Positions 23,372 through 33,804 of a stretch of DNA of 64,000 nucleotides are shown here, piece after piece. The notes under the pieces were generated by a model that was not told where the DNA came from, made no database searches, and worked only from the letters and a program-made list of their open reading frames with translations. Source of the DNA: Pelomyxa schiedti (Eukaryota > Protista > Evosea). The translations under genes and the position numbers were made by a program. The stretch lies in the NCBI GenBank assembly GCA_020536535.1, contig JAHLWZ010000306.1, positions 29,768-93,767 of the forward strand, in the 5' to 3' direction. Each line of letters starts with the position of its first letter. Within the stretch, counting starts at the first letter, position 1.

Positions 23372-25574
23372 TTACTGGGAGTTGGGGGAGGAGGATTTGG
23401 GTGGTGGGTGTGAGATGGGTTCTTCTTCAGTGTTGTTGGTGCTGGTGGGGGTAGATAGGAGAGTAGGGGTGTGGAGTGACAGGGTCCGTGTGTTCATCAA
23501 GTCCATGAGTTTGAGTGCGTAGAGCCGCTGTTTCTCCTCCAGGAAGCGTGGGCTTGGTTTGAAGTACTTTAAATATCCATCCCACTCAACGTTGGCGAGA
23601 CCGGCTTTGTTGGCAATCAAAGCCTGTGAGAAATGCAAGTGAGGGGAGAGAATGTGATTGTGTCAATAGTACCTTGACTCTATTCGCGAATTGAGTGGGG
23701 GTTTCACCTGGCTGGAGACGCTGAGGCTCCAGGTACCACACATCGCACACAAGTGCCCAGGACCTCATCATGTTGAATACATGCCGAAGGAAGGATTGAT
23801 TGCGTGAATCCCAAAAGGGGTCACAGAAGAGCTTACTAAGCACTTTCAGTAAAGTGATAATGTTGAGAAGGAATCAACTTGTATTTGATTGCAATTGGGC
23901 ATACTGTTGCTCCCAACTCGAAGGCCTATGCATAGTTGAGTGTACTTAATGAATGCTCTTTGGTTTTAGCTTACCCCCTTTTTGAACATGATGCAGTACT
24001 CGTTGTTGACGCACGTCCCTTCAGGAAAAATAAGGAGAGGGTTATTTTTCCGCTCGGCTAAATGTTCCTTCAATCTGGTGTTTAGTAAATACAATAAACC
24101 ACATTTACACTAACAACCTCCGTTGTAAGTAGGCCCGATCATTTGCATATTTTCGCTCAAACCAAACGCAACCGAGGCAGGCAAGAGGGTAATCTTGGAA
24201 GAACCCTAAGGGAATTAAGCAGGGAGAAAATTAGATTACTCTTGGACCTACAACTCCAGTGTGTTTCTGACCAATGATAGCATATGACATGTTCTGTTGT
24301 AGTATGCAAATGTCGATTAGGGTGGTGTGATTTGCAACGAACACTTGATTTGGTGCCTTTCTACGGTATACCTCAGATTCCATTTATAAGCGAAAAGATA
24401 CCTTGGTTTAATTCCGTGGTATTTCACAACTCCAGTGAAAGACGAAACCCAAGCTCCACAATACAGTCTTGCTAAAGAGCGCTTTTTGTTTTGAGTATGT
24501 TGCTTATTGTATTTGGAATCCATAGAAAGATACTTGTAGAGACATCTTCGTTTCGGAGTTTTTTATGGCGAGTTGCACAAAAGCAAATGCAGGGATATAT
24601 AACAGTGTACAAAATATAAGCCAACACGTTCTGAAAATGGTACCATTAACAAGTGACATAACAAAAAAAGAAGCCTACCTTCCGGGTATCAATAGTGCAT
24701 ATCGAAAAAGTATTCCTACTACCCACGCCGGAAATAGGTAGGCATTCCAGTTCCAGGGTCGCGTTTTATTGGGTTGAAAGCAATTTGTAAATTCATCCTA
24801 GAGCAAGAATAACAATATCCACAGTTACGAGGAGGTGAACCTCGACAATTTTCTCCATGCCATTTCTGACCATAGGAGCAATGTCAAGTAGATTGAAACT
24901 GTACCGAGTGAGACCAAACAAAACTAAAAAACTAGTAGGGTGGGGATTCCAAGTACGCTTTTGGTTGCTGTGATTTATCGAGCTTACGTAGCATATCATG
25001 TTCTATAAACCGTTGTAGTTTTGTTCTGTAGTCCTGTGACGGGTTGTTTGGCAGACTCCTGAAGTGAGCAAGCACATTCTCTTAGCGTACTCACAACAAA
25101 TAAAATAAAACAAAGCAAAGCAAAGCAAAGCAACAAATAATAGAACCCATAATGGCACCCACAAGGAGCCAAGCACAACAGATCACAACACCACATACGT
25201 GTAATCCATGTCGAGTGTGTCAAGTTGCGTCTCATCAGAGCCACTGGGCGACGTCGCTCTCGTCGGTGGGTGCGGTACGCCGCCGTTTTCGAGTGCGTGG
25301 GGCGATCCCGGCCTCGCGGGGTGCGGAATCGAGACGCTGGCCGTGGCCGTGGCCGTGGTGGTAGTGGTGGTGGCGGCGGCGGCGACGGCTACGGCTACGG
25401 CTACGGTACTGCCGACCACGACTGAGGGCGGCGGATCTTTTAGCGTTCATCTCTGAGGTCAGAAAGAAATACGACTAGGGCGTAATGGGGCATAGGTGGC
25501 ACACCAGATTTGCCTTCGATGTCGGTGCCGATTCCGCTGCTCTCCGTCGATACATGCGTCTCCCCGTTCATCAT
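23372..25574 (-). CDS. Glycerol-3-phosphate acyltransferase (GPAT3/4/GPAT9-like)
   Basis: Motifs LLDIAPMV..DEFTNCF..PWNWNAYLFP, PLLIFPEGTCVNN, FKKGA, DPFWDSR, WALVCDVWYLEP, GETPTQFANRVK, WDGYLKYFKPSP. Confidence 0.9.
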
Positions 25575-26612
25575 CGAAATTTGGGCAAAGAAAGGCCAAT
25601 TTGCGATGAGTGGAAAGTCTTCGGACTCCTCTCTGGGACTAACAAACATGCCACAGCGATGGACGCCAGGGACGAGTTCAGAGGGAGCCACAAGTCTGAT
25701 TGTAATTGGAAGAAAAATATCCCATAATTATGTCTCAAACAAAAAACCTATTTAAACAGGCCTCATCAAACATTCTGTTTCGACGTTTTGTGGGTTGCTA
25801 GGTATTTCAAATCTCCACCTGATGTAATTCTTTCTTGTTTCACTGGTTCTTGTGGTATCTTCTACTTTTGCTCTTCTTTAGCCACTTTAACTCTAAGCTC
25901 ACTATCCAGATATGGTTTAAGTCTATCAATATGAATTACTAATACACCAACATTGAAGTTATCACTTGCTTCCTTCAAGTGTGATAGCATCTTTTTTGCT
26001 GTTTTGACTTTTTTATGATCTGTTGCTCTTGTACAATGTCTCAGATCATTTGTCTCTCATGCAGTTGTTGTTTCATTTTAGTATCACCTTCTTGATTGGA
26101 TAATTCCCCAATAACAATGTATCAACAGGCGATCAAAAAAGAAAGGAGTTTCACTGGTTAGGACTGATGGTGTTGTATTGATATCAAATTCTATCCAGTG
26201 CAATTGTTGATCCCAGTCAGTAGGATTGTTTCCTTGGGTGGGAAACTGCACCAAAAGAGAACAAAGAGGCACAAAGTATTATATTATATTCATCTTGGAA
26301 TTATGCTTCTGTGTATGTTGTGCCTAAACTAACTCAATAACAGAAGACAGAAAGAGAGGGTTCTATTGTTTACTTTGGATTTGTTGTTTGTTTGTTTGAG
26401 TTTATGTGATTCTGAGCTTGGAGTGTTGAAATCAAGTCGATGAGCCTCATCAACTGGAGTATTGCTTGTCACTGCCAAATCGCATGTATTCCTTGGCGAG
26501 GCACAACAGAATCAGTGATTTAATTGTCAATCCGCGTGAGACGTTTCCCGCCGAGCCAAGAGGTCAACGGCTCGGAAAACTTTTTTCCGTTTTTACCGAT
26601 CAAGTTGTATTG

Positions 26613-27925
26613 ATGGTGGTTGGGCTTGTGGCATTTTTGGCTGTTTCGTTGTGGCTCCCCGTCGGGGAAGCGGCATCTTCAACCACCCCCATAACTGCAA
26701 GATGGTGCGGCCAGCCGGACGGGTTGTCGGCGGAACCTATCCCTTACGAGAGGTGGCACTCCCTGATGATTGTAAGGTATAAATTATCGATGACAGCCCA
26801 CGGCGGTGGATCATTTGTCTCAAATTTGTCCTTTGTGTTGTCTCGGAACCCCCATCATTCATCAAGTGGCGCAGTTCACACCCCGATGATATTGAGACCT
26901 GTATGGGTGGTTTGGTGTACCTGCTTACTCAGAGCGGGGTGCCTGTTTACTACGTTATTCTGACCAATGGAGATAAAGCACGAATATCCTCCCATTCAAA
27001 TATTACAACACCCTACCTACCCTCAGCCACGCTCTCTCTATTTTTCGGTTAATGGAATTCGGGATACACACACAAAAGGGATGTGGAAACCCTTCTATAT
27101 GTGAGAACCTCACAGCTCCCGAAATCGCTTCATTGAGACAACAGGAGACTATAACTGCCGCGGCAATTCTAGGAGTTCCTTCATCTAATATCTATTTCCT
27201 TGGTTACGAAGGTTTACCAAAGTATTTAAGGCAATCATCTTATACTGTTGTAGATGCAGAGTTAACAACATACCCCGAAGAGGATATTCGAAAGAATATT
27301 ATTCAACTAATGAGGGAAGTGAGGCCAGAGGTCAGAAAGAAATTCCGCGTTAATGTATCTCTTATGCTCTCCCAGGTAGTTATAACGTGGTACCTGTTCC
27401 CGCGGTTTGAACTGCAACCTGGGGATATCTATATTGATCTTGGATATCACCCGGATCACCAGCAGACAGGAAAATTGGTCCTGGAATCCCTTTTTGACGC
27501 GGTTATACTCCTTTGCGGACTATCCATCTTATTTGGTTACCATTATTAGGGTGTGTCACGTCTTTACCCAGAACTTGGTGAATCACACTATATCCTCGAA
27601 TTCTACATGTGGGAGTTTTGTTACCCCTCTCATTACTTCCAAATGACAAAGGCAAGCCACCCTCACTCCTTCCTAACCTCGCCCGCTCCCCTTCGCCGCT
27701 CTACGGAGAATGGATTGAGTGGGTTCGAGCACAACTAATTCCTCACCAAAGGAACTCCTCTCCAAAGCCGCAAGTGCTGAGGCCGCACACGAGTCACAGT
27801 GCCTGGGGTTCTATGAAGTGGAGGCAGGAATGTACCGCCTCTACACAGCAACAGCAAAATTCTCCAATGTCACGACCTGTGAGATGGCCACAGGCTTTAC
27901 CCAATACTCTGAAATCACTTTCTAA
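26613..27925 (+). CDS. PIG-L/LmbE-family deacetylase with signal peptide
   Basis: Motifs SHPDDIETCMGG, VILTNGDK|GC, LRQQETITAAAILG, YHPDHQQTG, AHESQ. The model requires two GC-AG introns. Confidence 0.8.
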
Positions 27926-29097
27926 AACCACTGGTTGTCTTCAGTTGCTTTTGTATTATTTGAGAGCTGACAAACCAATAGCATCGAATTTGATGAAAGT
28001 TTTTTTTATATTCTTTTTTGTCAATCAAGTCCCCCAGAGCACAGCACCTCACAATGAAGTTGAGTACCTCACACTGTGGTTGCTTCAGTACCGAATCCGC
28101 GAGTTTGCATATCTTTCGTTGTTGCATGTCGGTTGAGGCACTGTTGGCAGCCGAGATTGCCCCCAGGAGAGACCATGAGTTGCGATCAGGAGGGAATGGT
28201 GGCGCAGTACTCCTTACACAGCAGTAACAAACTTCAATTTACAGCTCTTGCAGGCGGTCGTCATCATAGTCGCACTTCCTATTCACCAGATGGTGTGCCC
28301 AGTATACAAACACTCTTTTTTCTGTCATTCTTCAGAGAATGGCCGAGGAACCAAATCAGAGTAAGTGTTTGTTGTGCTCACAAACCTCAGGTGGAAGTCA
28401 TCCTCGTAGTCTCTTTCAGGAGATGCTTCAGTTTCGAGCTCTTCTCTGCATATATGCCTAGCTTTTCTCCTTAGTCAGCAAAGTTCATCATTCTCTGTTC
28501 CCACCTTGGGTCATCGTTCCCTAATTTCCATCTCCTTGTCTCCAAAGCTTCTTCATAAAGACCGCGCTGAGTGAGTTTCTCTGCACTTGCCACTTTCATC
28601 TCCCACACACGTTGCTTCACTGCTGACTTCAACACTTTCTTTGCAGCTTTCATTTATGTCATATTTCTCTCCATGTCGCCACCGTTCCTCCTTGCTCATT
28701 TGACCCAGTCAACATCGATAGCGACAAGCATCATCGCACCAGAACGGCTGTTCATGAAAAGCGTGGTGAGGTTCTCCATGTGTTCGAGCACGTGCTTGGC
28801 GGCATGTGAACGCATAAGCGTGCTGTTGTCAATACAATCATCGGTGAGGAGAACTGGATTACAGTGTATTCGTGGTGCTTGTCGCTATCGACGCCGCAGC
28901 AACACTGGTCGGGTTACTATTTCCAGGCACTACCTTCACTTGAACGTAGTCGTACTCGTCCTCCTCCACATTGACGGACCGTCGGGGGAGCAACAACATC
29001 CAGTCCACGCACAGGGAGTTGGGGTTGTGGTTGTGGTGGGATTGCCACCTGTTCGTGACCGTTTTCGGGGTAGCTGCTTGGTCGCTGGGCCGATCAT
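27915..29097 (-). pseudogene. Decayed tandem paralog of the 29119-30376 gene, with an internal inversion
   Basis: Colinear similarity to the neighbour (KQLP.KRSRTGGNP; EEAL..RRWKLG.DDP.WEQRMM; ICKLA..EVLNFIV.CC.LGDLID). It has frameshifts and stops, and segment 28721-28875 lies on the opposite strand. Confidence 0.75.
28705..28891. repeat. 16-bp perfect inverted repeat flanking a 155-bp micro-inversion
   Basis: 28705-28720 TCGATAGCGACAAGCA is the exact reverse complement of 28876-28891 TGCTTGTCGCTATCGA. Confidence 0.9.
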
Positions 29098-29118
29098 TTG
29101 CTGATTAACGTTTTTTTT

Positions 29119-30376
29119 TTATTCTAGTTCGTCAATCAAGTCCCCAAGGCCACAGCACGTAACAATGAAGTTGAGTACCTCGAACTGTTGCTCTTCTACT
29201 TCGGTACCGAATCCTGCAAGTTTGCATATCTTGCTCATTACACTGTTGATTGTTGTTATTTTAAAAAGGTATGGAAGAAAATCTCAGGGAAAATACGAAC
29301 CTTGTGTCGATGCTCCAGTCATCAGTTGAGGCACTGCCCTCAGTCGAGAGTACCCCCAGGCAAGACCATGAGTGGCGATTAAGAGGGAATGGTGGAGGTG
29401 GCGCAGTACTCTCTACACAGCAGTAAAATACTTCAATTTCAAACTCTTGCAGCTGGTCAATCTCATCACAATCGCGCCCCCTCTTCACCATATGCCCAAA
29501 GCAATATATAAACACTCTCTTTTTGTTGTGACAATGGCAAAGGAACCAAATAGCACCAGAGTAACGGTTTGTTGTGCTCACAGCCTTGATGCCGTAATAC
29601 TCATCGTCAGAGTCAGTGTCATCCTTTTCAGATTCACTCTCGGATATGCATATACGCATAGCTCTGCTCCTCAACTCATAATACCTCATCATTCTCTGTT
29701 CCCAGCTTGGGTCATCTATTCCTAATTTCCATCTCCTTTTCAAAGCTTCTTCATAATGAATGGTGAGCTTCTTTGCAGTCACCACGTTCTTCTCCCACTC
29801 GCACTGTTTCACTGCCGACTCTAACATTTTCGTTGCAGCTTTCAGTTCTGCCAGGTGCCTATCCAAGACGCCAACATTACCCTCTGCAAGTTTGACCCAG
29901 CCAGCATCACCAGCACCGCTGCTGCTGTCAGCGTCGATCTCAGCACCACGAATACACCGCAATCCAGTTCTCCTCACCGATGATTGTATTGACAACAGCA
30001 CGCTTATGCGTTCACATGCCGCCAAGCACGTGCGCGAACACATGGAGAACCTCACCATGTTTTTGATCAGCCGATTCGTCGTGGCTTCCGTTTCCATGGT
30101 ACCGCAACCGGGTGGTTTTCCAGGCACCACCTTGAGCACTTTGACGTCGTCGTCGTCGTCATCCTCGCCCGCCTCGGCGCCGGCAACCCAAGTGAAGTGC
30201 AGTCGTGGTGTCGGCGGCAGTGGTGGATTGGCAGGAGGCCAACACAACATCGTCGCGATTATGTCCAGCACAGCCGGTGGAACAACCACATCAAGCCCAC
30301 GCACAGTGGTAGTTGCGGGATTGCCACCTGTTCGCGACCGTTTCACTGGTAGCTGCTTGGCCGCTTGGCTGCTCAT
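29119..30376 (-). CDS. Lineage-specific protein with a split F-box-like motif (one 3' intron)
   Basis: A 372-codon ORF (VPPAVLDIIATML...MVRFSMCSRTCLAAC) splices RF|ICKLAGF...ELE*. Its paralog is adjacent. Confidence 0.65.
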
Positions 30377-30553
30377 CACAGTGGTATGAGTGTAAGACTT
30401 TCTTACGAGAATTCGACTGACGCTGATGAAGCCTCCTCGAAGTCAATATTCTACTTCCAACACATTCTACACAAATGATATCACTACTATCACTCCCAAT
30501 GGCGAAGGTTTTTCGGCAACAAGAAATGAGTTTTTGATTACTTAGGTGCATGT

Positions 30554-33500
30554 TTAGCCTTGCATGAAAATGAATTGAGCGGGAGACAACAGTTTGAGAA
30601 GAAAGTGCACAACAACAAACTTGGGCAGAACTCCAATCGGGTGAAACACTGGTGGTTGTTGTTGTTGTGATGGCTGTGGTAAACATGGTATCCTGCTGAC
30701 TTCAACAACTGAAACAAGCCGTGGCTTCTTTCTCGTTGGTCCTTTGGGAGAAGTCACACAGTTGGAACTTGTATCAACTTGTGGACCTGCTTGTGATCGG
30801 GCAAAAGATGCGGAGGAGGCTGGTGAGTCAAACAGGTTTTGCTCACCGTGGAGGAGATGCACGTACTCCTGAAACTGTTGATGCAACCAGTAATTTCTGT
30901 TCCAACTGAGGAACACTGTCTTGACAACGGTCTTGAACCACAGGGGAAAGTTAATGTGCCTCTCAGGGCTCCAAAGGGCAGGTGAGAAGAAGAACGCTGG
31001 GGTTGATGGTGACGGGCATTGCCGGTGGAGAAACTGCATCACCATGTCAACTTGAGTGTGTTGAAGAAGTGGCAGCGCCGCCACGGAATCTTGTGAGGGA
31101 GGTTGTGGTGGCCTGAGTGACAACCCGTGATACCACAGTACTGTTGCAAAATCTTTCTGACTTTCATTTCGTAAAGAGTGGAACAGAAAATGAGGATTGC
31201 AAGAGCTCAATTTGGCTCCAAACTTGAGAAGAAGTGATGCAATTTCGGGGCTGATGCAATTTCGGGGCGTTCTGTAATCTCCAGGAGGGTTTTGGGAATC
31301 ATTTCTGGGAGTTGAGTTGCTGTACCCCGGGAATAAATACTAGTATGTTCATGTGGCAATTTCAACTCAGCATTGGGGTCTGCTCCTTTCAGCAATAGAA
31401 ACTCAACCATCTGTGCACACTTCTCTCCATACTGTCGACACAGTAGCAGCTCAATGGACGAGGCACCATTGTCCAAAGTAAGAGGCAGTGGGAAGCCAAG
31501 TCCATCATGTGCAGTATCATTGAAAAGATACCTTGAGAGCAAAACTTTTTTGCAACTCACAGCGTACTCGGCTAATTTCGCCCGGAACATTTCTGTGTCA
31601 CTCAAAATCAATGAACCAAGCCAATAATTCCCGTCCACCTTTGTATTGCCAATGTCAACGCCTTGTCTCAACAAGGCATGCCTTGATGCCACAGAAACCC
31701 TGTAGAAGGTGTTCTTTGCATCACCGACCCACTCACTGTTGAGAAAAGGGAGAACCATATGAACGACGTTTTGTTGTTCCTCTGAAGTGGCACAGTGAGT
31801 GATTGCACTGATACAAAAGAATACTTCCTTGTATGGCGTCTCTACGCAAGACTTTGTGAGTGTGCGAATTATGAGCAGTGATACAATGTGTGCCTTTGAA
31901 GCTGGTAGAAGGGAGGGGAGGTTGCGTTTTCCCAATCTAATAACTTGGGCCAAGATAGAGAATACATGACACACGGAACCTTCTTTTGTCAAGGAGTCGG
32001 CACAACATGCAAGTAATGTCTGAAGAGAAGAGTCGTCAAGATTTGCAAGAACTTTGTCTTTTGGCAAATCGGATCCGAACGGGCCATAGCTCCACCAGTG
32101 TTCAAAGCAGCCCAGTGAAACCTTCAAAAGAAATTGCTGGTCCATTTTATTGCAAGCCGCCGAAGTTGGCAGAATTAGTTGGTCCCGCCTTGGTGCACCA
32201 GAATCCAAAAGTGAGTTAACAAACTCCACGCCCTTTGATTGGATTTCATCACCCCCCAACTGGAAAAATAACTCGATGAATTCTCGCCGTGTCTGGTGAT
32301 CAACATCATTTTTGAGATTTGCGTACTTGTACAAGATTGTGATGGCATGTTTTTGGAGAAGTGGTTTAATTGGGGAATCTCTGCCTCCACTAGGTCTCAT
32401 GAGAGCAAGAAGGAATCGAAGAGGAGACTTGGGTCTTTTCTGTTCATTATAATAATAATCCCGAGTGATTTTGAAGGGAGGTAGGGGAACGTCAAGCAGC
32501 TCCATTGCCATGTCGAAAGCAATTTCAGACACCTGAGGAGCTAATTCAACCAGGTCTCGAACACGGCAAGGTTCCACTTGTGGAAATCCCTTGTTCAAAC
32601 ATGCAGCAATCTCAGTGAAATAATGGGATGCTATAGTTTTGCCGACGTCTGAATAACAGAATCCCGAAAAGAGTTCTTCCACTAATAGGTAGTCACTGTC
32701 CAAGTTGTCAAGCAGCACATTTAACACATCTAGCTCATGATGTTGTTCACTGCTGAGAGTATTCTCATTTCTTTCAAACTGAGCTTCATATTTGACATGA
32801 TGAATTTCCCCACATGTGCACTGGGATTTGCACGGTAACAACTCACAGTTCAGTAGCACACTGACTAAAGGCACAGCGCAATCTGGATTGGCTTTTGATA
32901 GCTTGCACAGGCCGAGGGACTTCCAGCACCCATCCAGTGACAGTATGAACACTGACAGATGTATGAGTGGCCAAACTACCATTCCGCATGAAACCAGACC
33001 CTCAACACAGTGCTCCACCAGGTAGTGCCTCTGTTCCGCTGGCAACTCACTGTATGCCACCCTGACCTTGTGTTGGGTCTTCAGCCAGTGTGACACCAAC
33101 TCCGCAAGCTTGAACGGCGCCGCATCGTCGGTGTCACCGCTGTCACTTGTCAGCGAAAGGTAAAACTCACTCTGTAATGTCATTGGTGGCATTTCCTCCA
33201 CCTTCAGCGAGTCAACGCAACTCACAAGAAACGGCACGTGAAACAGCTCCTCCACTCCCGCCCGCACCACTTTATCGGTATTTTTCGACGAAACCACCAC
33301 ACTGCCGCTACGACTACTAGTATCATCTTCCGTGGCCACCGCCGCGTTCATGTCGGTGGCACGCGACACCGCGCAGTCGATCAGTGTCAGCGTGGTGTCG
33401 TAACACTCGGTCATTAGGCTCCACCAAGTAACAGCAGCACCGTACATTAGACTACGCTTTGGTGATGGTGGTGGTGGAGGAGGCGGCGGCGTCGGTGGTC

Positions 33501-33633
33501 GTGGTTGCGGAGGCGGCTGTTGTTGCTGTTGTCGTGGTGCTGGTGGCGCAGCTGCTGTCGTTGTGTTGGTGAGTACTTTCATTCGGACCGAGTGGGTTTT
33601 GGACCCCTTACGGCGGCCACGTCGGCCTCGCAT
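30554..33633 (-). CDS. Large intronless lineage-specific protein with an ankyrin-like motif near the C-terminus; frameshifted by a 17-bp duplication
   Basis: ORFs 31207-33750 and 30554-31210 become one frame (RPEIASLLLKFGAKLSSCNPHF) if one copy of the duplication is removed. Confidence 0.65.
31235..31268. repeat. Perfect 17-bp tandem duplication (TGATGCAATTTCGGGGC x2)
   Basis: Visible at 31235-31251 and 31252-31268. Confidence 0.95.
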
Positions 33634-33804
33634 TTTGCCACCCGAAAGTGTCGTGGTTGTGCTGCCTTTTGGGAAAATTGATTTTTCTTCAAACGAACAG
33701 GTGGTGCGAGAGTCGGGGAAAGTAATCCCTTGTGTTCGTGGGTTGTTCACCAGAGACTATGGCGGCGAGATTGCGGAAGCGGTTGTGGACTTTAGTTTGG
33801 GTTC

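Noticed and set aside
25830-26445. Possible small spliced gene on the minus strand between GPAT and the PIG-L gene
   Set aside because: Exon-like pieces exist, but I could not build a consistent frame or recognise a family. Left unannotated.
26984-27069. U12-type AT-AC intron (ATATCCTC...AC)
   Set aside because: It is in frame but breaks the conserved TNGDKG motif and lacks a TCCTTAAC branch site. The GC-AG model fits better.
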